Assembly (NCBI RefSeq): GCF_020745735.1
Contig: NC_083421.1
Coordinates: 62,735,001 to 62,799,000, forward strand
Direction of reading: 5' to 3'
Origin: Hemiscyllium ocellatum
Taxonomy: Eukaryota
DNA length: 64,000 nt
Position numbers and translations under genes: made by a program. The notes under the pieces are model-generated. The model did not search any database, had not been told where the DNA came from, and saw only the letters and a list, made by a program, of their open reading frames with translations. This document shows, one piece after another, positions 11,099 to 22,776 of the stretch (position 1 is its first letter; the number at the start of each line of letters is the position of its first letter).

Positions 11099-13960
11099 AG
11101 AGTCATAGAATCATAGAGATGAATAGCATGGAAACAGACCCTTCGGTCCAACCCGCCCATGCCGTCCAAATATCCCAATCCAATCTAGTCCCACCTGCCA
11201 GCACCCGGCCCATATCCCTCCAAACACTTCCTATTCATATACCCATCCAAATATCTCTTAAATGTTGCAATTATACCAGCCTCCACCACTTCCTCTGGCA
11301 GCTCATTCCCACCCTCTGCAAGAAAAACTTGCCCCTTAGGTCTCTTTTATATCTTTCCCCTCTCACCCTAAACCTATGCCCTCTAGTTCTGGACTCCCCA
11401 ACCACAAGGAAAAGACTTTGTCTATTTAGCCTATCCATGCCCCTCATAATTTTGTAAACCTCTATAAAGGTCACCCCCTCAGCCTCTGACGCTCCAGGGA
11501 AAACAGCCCCAGCCTGTCCAGCCTCTCCCGATAGCTCAAATCCTCCAACCCTGGCAACATCCTTGTAAATCTTTTCTGAACCCCTTTCAAGTTTCACAAC
11601 ATCTTGCCGATAGGAAGGAGACCAGAACTGCACGCAATATTCCAACAGTGGCCTCACCAATGTCCTATACAGCTGCAACATGATCTCCCAACTCCTGTAC
11701 TCAATACTCTGACCAATAAACGAAAGCACACCAAATGCCTTCTTCACTATCCTATCTACCTGCGACTTCACTTTCAAGGAGCTATGAACCTGCACTCCAA
11801 GGTCTCTTTGTTCAGTAACATCCCTAGAACCTTGTTGTGATTCTGTTCGCCAAGCTGGGAATTTGTGTTGCAAACGTTTCGGCCCCAGTCTAGGTGACAT
11901 CCTCAGTGCTTGGGAGCCTCCTGTGAAGTGCTTCTGTGATGTTTCCTCCGGCATTTATGGTGGTTTGTCTCTGCCGCTTCCGGTTGTCAGTTCCAGCTGT
12001 CCGCTGCAGTGGCCGGTATATTGGGCAAGCCAAACAGAGAACAGCCAGGGAATTCCTAGAAGCATGGTACTCATCCACAGATTCTATCAACAAACATATC
12101 GACCTGGACCCAATATACCGGCCACTGCAGCAGACAGCTGGAACTGACAACCGGAAATGGCAGAGACAAACCATTATAAATACCGGAGGAAACATCACAG
12201 AAGCGCTTCACAGGAGGCTCCCAAGCACTGAGGATATCACCTAGACAGGGGATGAAAGTTTGCAACATAAATTCCCAACTCGGCGAACAGAACCACAACA
12301 GCGGGCACCCGAGCTACAAATCTTCTCCCAAACTTTGAATCCCTAGGACCTTACCAATAAGTGTATAAGTCCTGCTATGATTTGCTTTCTCAAAATGCAG
12401 CACCTGTCATTTATCTGAATTAAATTCCATCTGCCACTTCTCAGCCCACTGGCCCATATGGCCAAGATCCTGTTGTAATCTGAGGTAACCCTCTTCACTG
12501 TCCACTACACCTTCAATTTTGGTATCATCTGCAAATTTACTAACTGTACCTCTTATGCTCGCATCCAAATCATTTATGTAAATGTCAAAAAGTAGAGGTA
12601 CCAGCACCAATCTTTGTGGCACTCCACTGGTCTCAGGCCTCCAGTCTGAAAAACTACCTTCCACCACCTTCTGTCTTCTACCTTTGAGCCAGTTCTGTAT
12701 CCAAATGGCTAGTCCTCCCTGTATTCCAAGAGATCTAACCTTGCTAGTCAATCTCCCATGGGGAACCTTGTCAAACGCTTTACTGAAAACCATATAGATT
12801 ACATCTACCACTCTGCCCTCATCAATCCTCTTTGCTACTCACTCAAAAAACTCAACCAAGTTTGTGAAACATGATTTCCCACTCACAAAACCATGTTGAC
12901 TATCCCTAATCAGTCCTTGCCTTTCCAAATATATGCATATCCTGTCCCTCAGGATTCCCTCCAACAACCTGCCCACCACCGATGTCAGGCTTCCTGGTCT
13001 ATAGTTCCCTGGCTTGTCCTTACACCCTGCTTAAACAGTGGCACCACGTTAGCCAACCTCCAGTCTTCACCTCACCTATGACTATCAATGATACAAATAT
13101 CTCAGCAAGAGGCCCAGCAATCACTTCTCTAGCTTCCCACAGAGTTCTAGGGTACACCTGATCAGGTCCTGGGGATAAATCCACCTTTATACGTTTCAAG
13201 ACATCCAGCACTTCCTCCTCTGTAATTTGGACATTTTGCAAGGTGACACTATCTATTTCCCTACTGTCTATATCTTCCATATCCTTTCCACAGTAAATAC
13301 TGATGCAAAATATTCGTTTAGTATCTCCCCCATTTTCTGTGGCTCCACACAAAGGCCGTCTTGCTGATCTTTGAGGAGCCCTATTTTTTCCCTAGTTACC
13401 CTTTTGTCCTTAACGTATTTGTAAAAACCCTTTGGATTCTCCTTAATTCTGTTTGCCAACGCTATCTCATGTTCCTGTTTTGCTCTCCTGGTTTCCCTCT
13501 TAAATATACTCCTACTGGCTTTATACTCTTCGAAGGATTCACTCAATCTATCCTGTCTATACCTAACATATGCTTCCTTCTTTTTCTTAACCAAACCCTC
13601 AATTTCTTTAGTCATCCAGCATTCCCTATACCTACCAGCCTTTCCTTTCGTCCCAACAGGAATATACTTTCTCTGGATTCTCATTATCTCATTTCTGAAG
13701 GCTTCCCATTTTCCAGCCATACCTTTACCTGCGAACATCTGCCCCAATCAGCTTTCGAAATTTCTTGTCTAATACCGTCAAAATTGGCCTTTCTCCAATT
13801 TTGAACTTCAACTTTTAGGTCTGGTCGATCCTTTTCCATCACTATTTTACATCCAATAGAATTATGGTCGCTGGCCCCAAAGTGCTCTCCCACTGACACC
13901 TCAGTCACCTGCCCTGCCTTATTTCCCAACAGTAGGTCAAGTTTTGCACCTTCTCTAGTC
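11099..13960 (-). mobile_element. 5'-truncated CR1-type LINE (frameshifted ORF2 from the endonuclease end through RT)
   Basis: ORFs with LDLLLGN..SDHN, FSKAFDKVPH, KFADDTK, LEYCVQFWSP; interrupted at 11834-12338. Confidence 0.92.
11834..12338 (+). mobile_element. Penelope-like element 3' fragment with inverted terminal copy (fold-back)
   Basis: ~190-bp inverted arms 11833-12025 / 12109-12300; spacer encodes AREFLEAWYSSTDSINKHIDLDPIY (GIY-YIG C-terminal-like); TSD atccctag(a/g)acctt. Confidence 0.8.
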
Positions 13961-14485
13961 GGACTTGAATTAATACAGTATAATGTCACATCCAGAGGTC
14001 TTCAGAATTAATTTACCTAACATTATAAAACAAAATTTAAAAAAGTCAATCTTCAAACAATTAGATCCCACAAGCAACAACAGAGACAAATTTCCAGTTG
14101 GAGGGAAAAATGTCAACTATGACATTGGAGGGTACTAAGATTTGCAACAATACAAAGGAGGAATTGGGACATGTCAGAATTGGAGGAGAGAATGTGTGGT
14201 TTGTCTCACTACTAGATTTGTATTGTCTGCCAGCAATATTAAGTGGAAAGGAAACAGGTCTGATTATATTTGGTGTGAGAAATATAAGGCCAGGAGTATT
14301 TATTTGCCAGTTTCCAAGCCATTTCTAAGCAATACATTAAGATATTTCTCTTTTTGCCTTCTATGAAGCATCAAGGGATTCTTCCTATGTAAAGATGCTA
14401 TAAAAATGCAAGTACAGAATTGTTGTTGCAAGAGTTTTGCAAATCATTTCCTGCAAAACAGATTGATAGTACGCAATTTCGTCAC

Positions 14486-14830
14486 AGGGCAGAATGGTGG
14501 CTGTGGTTAGCACGGCTGCCTCACAGCGCCAGGGACCTGGGTTTAATTCCACCTTCAGACAACTGTCTGTCTATGTGGAGTGTTCACATTCTCTCCATGT
14601 CTACGTGGGTTTCCTCCGGGTGCTCTGGTTTCCTCTCGGAGTCCAAAAATGTGCAGATTAGGTGGATTGGTAATGCTAAAATTGTCCACAGTGTCCAAGG
14701 ATATGTAGGTTAGGTGGATTAACCATGGGGAACATGGGATACAGAGATGGTGTGCTTTTCAGAGGGTCGATGTGGACATGCTGGGATAAACGACCTGCTT
14801 GCACACTATAAGGAGTCTAAGATTCAATGC
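14486..14830 (+). mobile_element. HE1/V-SINE-type tRNA-derived SINE (diverged)
   Basis: A/B-box-like head and central gtgggtttcctccgggtgctc.ggtttcctc; further copies at ~41208-41615 (two partial) and 44187-44520. Confidence 0.8.
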
Positions 14831-15039
14831 TTTCCCCATGAGATTTGCACTCAAAAATGCCGAATGGATGATCCATCTTGGCCTCCTCTTAAAATTCCCA
14901 AACATTTCAGTTGAGTCACCCCACTCTGTGGGATATCATAATATGCCTGAAGGCATCATAGGCCTTTCACATAGGCCCTGACATCTCTGCCACAATAATA
15001 TTGAAAACTTGTGCTTCAAACCTAGACCCACACCTAGCC

Positions 15040-16720
15040 AAGTAGTTCTAGGCCAACTAGATGACTGGCATCAACCTCACAATTTGGCCAGATATGTCCA
15101 CAAAAAGCAGGATAAGAGGCTCAGAAGAGATTTATCAGGATATTGTCAGGTATGGAAGGTTTGAGTTATCAAGAAAGGCTGGATAGGCTGGGGCTTTTCT
15201 CACTGGAGCATACGAGGTTAAGAGATGACCTTATCGAAGTTAATAAAATCATGACGGGTACAGATAGGGAAAAGACATCTACCATTAACCCTAGGATGGG
15301 GATTTCAAGACGAGGTGACATACTTTTAAGGTGAGAGGAGAGAGATTTAAAAAAGACAAGTGGGGCAAATTGTTTTAAATAGGAGTTCTCTGTGGAATGA
15401 ACAGGGAAGTGATGGATGTGGGCACAGTTACAATGTTTAAAAGATACTTAGATAAGTACATGAATAGGAAAGGCTTGGAAGAATATGGGGCCAGGAGCAA
15501 ACTGGTTGGACTAGTTTAGTTTGGGATTATGTTTGGCATGGACTGTTTGGACTGAAGGGTCTGTTTTGATGCCGTATGACTCTATGACAAATCCAATCCC
15601 TCAATTAATGCTCCATCAGACTATTCTCAATCATCAACAACGTGATGGAAGGTGTAACAGTGTTATTAAGCAGCACTTACTCAATAATAATCTGCATCCT
15701 AATGTTCAATCTGGACTCTACGAAGGCTGAACTACTGACCTCATTACACCATTACCCTAAACAGGGACAAAAGAGCCAAACTCAACAGAATTGGCCTTTG
15801 ACATCAAAGTAACACTTAACAGAGCGTGGCAAAAAAGAACTCTTGCAAAAATGGCCTCGATTGGAATCAGCGGGAAAGTACTTCACTTGATCAGGCATGC
15901 CTAGCAAAGGGAAGATGGTGCAGTTGTTGAAGGCTAATCATTTCAATCCCATGACATCTTTAAAAGTATGCACCCTAAAGTATATCTATAATTAACCTAC
16001 TCAGATATGTTATGACAAGTAGGACTTGAAACCAGACCTCCTAGCCTACAGGTAGGGACACACTATCACTGCACTACAAAATACCTCTCTTCCTTAGGGT
16101 AGATATTTTCTAACCAACTTGTTCAAAGATATTGTTATACATCTTTGGGGCAGGCAGTACTTGAATTCAGGCCTCTTGACCCAGAGGTAAGGGCACCATA
16201 GCAGCCATGTTCCTTATAGTGTCCTAAACCCAACCAGCTATAGCTGCTTCATCAATGACTTTCCTTCATCATAAGTCACTCATGGGGACATTTGCTGATG
16301 ATTGCACCATATTCAGAGCCATTTGCAAATCCTCAGATACTGAAGCAAGATGCCCAACCAGGGCAGGACAATATTCAGGCTTGGACTGAAGAATAGCAAA
16401 ATAACATCTGTGCCACATCAAGACCATCTTCAATGGGAGAAAATGCAAGAAACTCCCCTTAACATTTAATGGCATACTCTGTCTAAATTCTGCACTGTCA
16501 ACATCTTGAAAGCCATGTAAATATTATGATACAACAGCAGGTCACAGCTGAGAATTTTTGGCAATTAACTTATCTCCCTACTTCCCAAAGCCAGTGTATA
16601 AGGCACAAGTCAAGACTGTGGCTCTCCTCTTACCTGAATGAGTGCAGCTTACCAACATTGAACAGGCTTGACCATGTCCAGGACAAAATAGCCTGCTTGA
16701 TTGGCATGCCACCAATGGCA
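15040..16720 (+). mobile_element. Old non-LTR (CR1/L2-group) RT remnant with a younger CR1 3' end nested at ~15110-15590
   Basis: ttcatcaatgactttccttc...tttgctgatgattgcacc (FINDLP..FADD); the same family occurs on the - strand at ~49290-49900. Confidence 0.65.
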
Positions 16721-19091
16721 TGAGAACTATAATTGGGAGCCCACAAGAGACAGAGTATCTCAAAGTTGTGGGGTTGAAAGGGATTACACAAGGCAAAAAG
16801 ATACTTGGAAAAAAAGCATGGGAGTTTTAAAATCAAGATGTTGTCTGACTAGAGGGCATGATCACAGGAATGAACAGGAACACAGACTTGCAAAGTTACA
16901 GATGCAGAATGTGAGAGAACAACCAAGAATATTTAATAGTCCAATCTAGGAATATTTGAATGAGCAGATGTTCTGAAAATGGGGAAATTCAAGCAGTGTT
17001 ATGGAAGTGGGAATAGTCTTGGTGAATGTACAAATAAGATCGGAAGTTCATCTTAGAATTGAACATGACACCGAAATGTATAGAGAAGCTACTGCAAGTG
17101 ATTCTCCAGCTGTGATTAGATAGATAAGAATGGAACTAAATGATTAGTTCCCCATTCAGCCCAATAGTTGAGAGGCATTGGAGAAGGATGGTGTGATCAA
17201 CTATTTCAAAGACAGGTTGAGAAGGATGAACATAGTCACAGAATACCAGTTGTGATTTTGGCAAAAGGTGATTCAGTACTATGGTAGGGGCAGAAAACCA
17301 ATTAGAAAGGGTTCAAATTCAAACATGGGATTCAGGAAAGATGGAACCAGACTTGGGAGGTAAAACACATTAAGGATCGAGGAAAGGAAAGGTGGAGACG
17401 GGAGGTGCTTTGCAAGAACAGAAAGAGCAAAGATTGTCTTTAAAAGAATGGGAATATGGCAATGGCTTTACTGGAAAGGGAGACAAAACCTGAAGTTAAC
17501 CATTTCAATTTCATTTAACATGGGTGCTTGAAGTGAGTGGATTTGTTTTCAGCATTTCAGTTGACTTGGACAGAGGGAAAGGAAGTGGGTCTCATGGACA
17601 GAAGAGGTCAGAGAGGACATGATAGGAGATTAGAAGAAATTTAAGAGAATGATGAAAGTTGAGGAGAAGGACAGGGGCGAACATTAAAGGAACCTTAGCC
17701 AAGTGAGCTAGTGGAGGGGAGCAAAATAGCAGAAAATGTTGATCGGATTATCTCAATTTACATAAACTGCTCACACTTTTTGAAGGTGAGGAAGGAGAGG
17801 ACAGTGGAGAAGGATTGAAGAAGACCTTTTCTCAACTGGAAACAAAGTCAGCAGTTGCAATTGCATTCCAGGATAATCCTGATATAGTGACAAGCTATAA
17901 ATCCGAGCCTTCTTCAAATTATAAATTCAACGACAAAACAAGAACTTGGTAATATTTATCGACATTAAAGATGCTGTATTCATGGAAGTTGTCACCATTT
18001 TTTGTGTTAAGAAGGTCATATTTTTAAAATCTTACCTTCCAGAATTTTCAATTTCAATAGGAAATAATTTGCAGTTGCACAGTCTACTCCCATGCTTATA
18101 TACATAACAAGAATAATTTAATTATTAACAGTAAAATATACGAAAAATACAATTACATTTGAACAAATATTGAAGAAAATCTTGTAAAGTGCTCTAGAAC
18201 TACATGATCACAGGACATTTAAAGCTTTGCAGCCAATGAAGTGCTTTTGAAGTGTAGCAAAGTTTAAAAAGCACCCAATTTGCACACAGCAAGTTCCCAA
18301 AAGCAGCAATGTGATAAGCGAACCAGTTTGTTTTGTGATTTTAGTTAAGGGACAAATATTGGTTTGGGGCACCAGCACTACTGCCCTTCTTCAATATCAT
18401 GCAATGGGAAACAGAAAGAGCCTTGGATTAACATTTCATCCGAAAAAAATGCCTTTTAATTTTGCCTATCAACCAATCAAGAAACCAAAATAGTAGCAGT
18501 AAACCATGTGTTAAAAAAAAATTGCCAAATGCAGGAACAATATGAGAATGCAACTGACTACTTTCAAGAGGAACAGAATACAAGAGGTACAGGAAGAGGC
18601 TGAATAGCTGGGACTATTTTCCCTGGAGTGGAGGGTAAGGAGTGACCCCATAGAAGTTTATAAAGGCAAGAGAGCATAGACAGGGCAAATAGCCAAGGCC
18701 TTTCCCGCCCCCCAAGGTGGAGGAATTCAAAACCAGAGGGCATAGGTTTAAAGTGAGAGGGGAAAGATTTAAAGGGACCTAAGGGGCAACCTTTTCATGC
18801 AGAGGGTGGTACCTGCAAGGGTACTGCAGAGGAAGCGGTGGAGGGTAGTATTATTTTAACATTTAAAAGGCATCTGGATGGAAGTTGTCACCATTTAACA
18901 TGTTGTGAAGATCATGAATAGGAAGGGTTCAGAGGGAATTGGGCCAAATGTTGGCAAATGGGACTAGATTAATGTAAGATATCTGGTCAACGTGGATTGA
19001 GGTGGACCGTGGAGTCTGTTTCTACGCTGTACAGCTCTATGAGTCTAAGGGCAGAGATGTACTGCTGAGGCTGTATAAGCCTTTGGTCAGA

Positions 19092-19302
19092 GCTGAAAAT
19101 GTGTTGCTGGAAAAGCTCAGCAGGTCAGGTAGCATCCATAGAGCAGGAGAATCAACATTTCGGGCAAGAACCTTCCTGAAGAAGGGCTCATGCCCAAAAC
19201 GTCGATTCTCCTGCTCTTTGGATGCTGCCTGATCTGCTGCGCTTTTCCAGCAACATATTTTCAGCTCTGATCTCCAGCATCTGCAGTCCTCACTTTCTAT
19301 TC
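19092..19302. mobile_element. Short palindromic Penelope-like terminal element in a CR1 remnant (18590-19800)
   Basis: Arms gctgaaaatgtgttgctggaaaag / cttttccagcaacatattttcagc; flanking duplication taag(c/g)ctttggtcaga at 19076-19091 and 19303-19318. Confidence 0.78.
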
Positions 19303-20736
19303 TAAGGCTTTGGTCAGACCACATTTGGAATATTGTGAGCAGTTTTGGGCCCCATATCCAAGGAAAGATGTGCTGGTGTTGGGATGAAGGCTATGGCATA
19401 TGAGAAGTGGTTGAGAACTCCGAGTCTGCACTCAATGGGGTTTACAAGACTGAGAAATTTACAGAATACTAAGAGGCCTGTATAGTGTGGACATGTAGAA
19501 AATGCTTCCATTAGGAGGAGACACTAGGATGCGAGGGCATAGCCTCAGGGAGAACTGAGGTGAGGAGTAACTTCTTTAGCCAGAGCATGGTTATTCTGTG
19601 GAATTCATTGTCACAGACGGCTGTTGAGCCCATGTTATTGAGTGTATTTTAGGCAGAGCTAGGTTCTTGATTAGTAAGGGGATGAAGGATTATGGGGAGA
19701 AGGCAGGAGAATGGGGTTGAGAAAAATATTGGTCATGATTGAATGGTGGAGCAGACTCGATGAATCAAACAGCCTATTTCAGCTTGTATATCTTATTTGT
19801 TAAACTTAGAACTAGAAGCAGGCAATTATTCTCAGCATTTTATTTCTGTAGCACTTGCGAAAAGAACATAGTTAAGGAATCAATTTCATTTCTATAAACA
19901 CACACATAAGAAAGCTCTTGTGGCACATAGGTAGTATCCACACCCCAAGTACATGCTGAAATCCCAGCTTCAAAACGGCAGATGAACCTTGGGTGGTCAG
20001 AGAAAGCACTTCAGTGATATCCTCAAAGCCTCCCTGGTGAAGTGTAACATTCCCACAGACACTTGGGAATCACTGGCTTCTAATCACTTACTTTGACTAA
20101 AAATATCATGAACTAGATGAATGTGTGTATTCATGATGTCCTGAGGTCACAAAAACTGCATAATTATAAGTTTATTTGTCTGTATACAAATTATTCACAT
20201 AGACTATACAGTGCAGGAACGTCTATTTCCAATTAGTTCAACAACGTGATATTAAAAGTTAGCATAAATTATAACTAAATATTAAGATACAGATAAATAT
20301 TACTTATGAAAATATATTGCAAATCATGCAGCAAATTTAAGCATGGATGCATTCTAAGTAAAATATATATCTATAACTTTATCCTGACAACTTTCATTGT
20401 TTGAAGCATGAACAGAAAGACAACGCTCAGTGGGCGAAGGCAGCACCTCTCCAAGGAAAGACGGTTACCATTTCTCATCTATAATCCCTATTCTGAGGAA
20501 CGGTCAAAAACCTAATACATACATCATTTTTTTCAACAAGTGCTGCCCAACATGCAGCGCTTCCAGAATCATCTGACTTCATTCGTTATTTGATTTACTT
20601 GAATAGGCAAAATGTGCTCGCTTCTTATTGTTCGCCGGTTGCTTTTCTATCTACCACATTATAACAATACGACACGATCGTCTGTAATGCAACTATATCA
20701 CCTGCTTATCTCTCGTGCCATGCACTAATGAGATCT

Positions 20737-21034
20737 GAAGAAGTGGCACGGTGGCACAGTGGTTAGCACTGCTGCCTCACAGCGCCAGAGACCTGGGTTC
20801 AATTCCCGACTCAGGCAACTGACTGTGTGGAGTTTGCATGGGTTTCCTCCGGGTGCTCCGGTTTCCTCCCACAGTCCAAAGATGTGCGGGCCAGGTGAAT
20901 TGGCCATGCTAAATTGCCCGTAGTGTTAGGTAAGGGGTAAATGTAGGGGTATGGGTGGGTTGCGCTTCGGCGGGTCAGTGTGGACTTGTTGGGCCGAAGG
21001 GCCTGTTTCCACACTGTGAGTAATCTAAAAAAAA
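20737..21034 (+). mobile_element. Young HE1/V-SINE-type SINE
   Basis: ggcacggtggcacagtggttagcactgctgcctcacagcgcc head, CR1-derived tail gggcctgtttccacactgt, A-tail; near-identical to 56838-57200. Confidence 0.9.
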
Positions 21035-21324
21035 GTCAGTGAACTCGAAACGTTAACGCTGCTTTCTCTCCAGGGACGCTGCCAGAGCTGAGTTTCACCA
21101 GCAATTCCGTTAAAGAGATGGTTCAGCCAACTATAACATTGCTGAACCACGATGATAATAACTACGAGGTTATAGAGTCTAAATTACCAGAGAAGTTCGT
21201 TTCGCAATCGGCCGTGTGGAATTTCAAATCCAATGAGGATCGCACTTTTGCAAATAATGAGACAAAAATCGCACATGATTTGAAATACGCTCGAACATGC
21301 ACCTTTTGCCACTAGAAAACTCAC

Positions 21325-21660
21325 AGTGTGGGGGTGGTCTATCCAGTGGACTTCAAACCCATCGAAGGCGTGGCTCTTGATGTTCTTGATTAACTCCTTG
21401 CTCACCATGGGCTCCACCTGCCGGAGGAAGCGGGCCAGGCGCGGGGAATCGATTGAAGGCTCCGCGCTCCCATTGAAAGCCGGCAGTTCTCGGCACTCGA
21501 CCGGATCGGTCTGCGTACCGTTTCTCGCGCTGCGTCGACTCTGCACCGAGGCTTCGGCGCGCCGAACCGCGGTCGTTTGACAAACTGCGTCACGCAACTC
21601 GGGAACCTTTCTCCAGCGCGAATCAACCGACACGGCCTCCTGGACCTCGTCAGTGAACAT
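21325..21660 (-). CDS. DYNC2I2: DYNC2I2/WDR34 coding exon 1 (dynein-2 intermediate chain 2), 112 codons
   Basis: ATG at 21660; translates MFTDEV...PRLARFLRQVEPMVSKELIKNIKSHAFDGFEVHWIDHPHT, matching the WDR34 motif PRLAAFLRRVE...SHAFDGFEVNW; QT-type light-chain motifs (VCQT, SVQS, GTQT); phase-0 donor ACT|GTGAGT. Confidence 0.93.
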
Positions 21661-22301
21661 GACCCCGGTCCGTTAAGACTTTAGGGGAAGGGGGAAGAAC
21701 TCCACCAACAAAATGTCCTCTTCCTCACGAAGCCAAGTGTAATTTATTTATATATTAAAGAATACATTGGAGTGTTGACAACTCATTCACCTCCTACACA
21801 CAATAAAAACCTCCTCCCTCACTCTCGAACGCACACAGCATGAATCCAACAGTCGACGCGGACCCAAACGAGACGACCCGGTCTCCATGACGACCCGCGC
21901 CGCCTGACGTCACGGCCGCGTTCGCGCCGCTCGACCGCGGCCAATGGCAGGCAACGCCGGGGCGGTAGCTCGGCGCGAGGGCCGTGCGTCGCGCATGCGT
22001 GCTCGGGGGGAGTGGTTGATGTGGGGGAGGGTCGCCAGCGCGCGTGCGTGCTTGGAGAGGCTGAGAGCGAGCGTTTTTTTTTTCCTCCCCTCCTGTGGTA
22101 GAGGCGCGAGACCCGCTGAGCCATCGAGGGGGAAAGAGACAGCGCGCGCGCGTGTGTGTGTGAGGGGAGTGCAGGAGAGAGAAAAAATAAAATACATACA
22201 GAGAGAGGAAGATTCGTGAAAGAAAGCGCGGATCAGGGCTTTTTTTCCAATCATTTTTGTCTCCTTTTTTTTATTTCCCCCTTTTTTTTCCTTCTTCCAA
22301 G
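21661..22301. promoter_or_regulatory. CpG-rich bidirectional promoter/5'UTR region shared by DYNC2I2 and SET
   Basis: Divergent ATGs at 21660 and 22302; dense CpG; X-box-like GTCTCCATGACGAC 21881-21894, full CRE TGACGTCA 21905-21912, CCAAT 21941-21945, NRF1-like GCGCATGCGT 21991-22000. Confidence 0.8.
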
Positions 22302-22374
22302 ATGTCGGTCCCAGCGACAAAGATGAGTAAAAAAGAGGTGAACTCGAACCATGATGGAGCAGACGAGACCTCAG
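22302..22374 (+). CDS. SET: SET (TAF-I beta) exon 1
   Basis: MSVPATKMSKKEVNSNHDGADETS, matching the SET-beta N-terminus; donor TCAG|gtaatt, phase 1. Confidence 0.96.
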
Positions 22375-22724
22375 GTAATTTGTTTTATTTTGTGCAGCGA
22401 TTGTTTTTATTTTAATCGCTTGTTGGTTAAATATATGTTTTCGTGCTTGCGTTTGTGAAGGCCTCTGTGTTATGTATATTGTGTGTGTGTGTGTGTTGTG
22501 TATGTGCGCGGAATGGCGGCCCCACGCTCCCCCTCTCGGTCGGGCTGGAGAGGAGCTGAAAGGCAGCGCGGGAGGGTAACTCCATTCACTCCGGCGCCAT
22601 GTTTATGAAGCCACATAGAGAGTGTGTGTGTGTTAGAGGAGGGGAGGGGGGGGGAGAATAGAAGAGAGAGAACAGAATCTCTGCACCACCTCCTCCTCCT
22701 CCCTCATTGTGTAAGGCGGCCGCC

Positions 22725-22776
22725 ATGATACCAGGAAAGAGAAACGGAGCCGTCGCGGCCTGCTCGTCGGCCCGAG
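22725..22776 (+). CDS. SET: Candidate alternative first coding exon of SET (MIPGKRNGAVAACSSAR-)
   Basis: Kozak-like gccgccATGA, 17 codons + 1 nt, donor CGAG|gtgaga in phase 1, matching exon 2; lies inside the CpG island. Confidence 0.55.

Noticed and set aside
20744-20815. tRNA-like sequence with A/B boxes
   Set aside because: It is the head of a SINE, continuous with SINE body and tail; not a tRNA gene
21819-22320. Overlapping Arg/Ala/Pro-rich ORFs across the bidirectional promoter
   Set aside because: Expected stop-codon scarcity in GC-rich promoter DNA; no homology evidence
22513-22580. ATG ORF with donor-like AGG|GTAACT in SET intron 1
   Set aside because: Phase 0, incompatible with phase-1 exon 2; the ATGGCGGC is better explained as a YY1-like site
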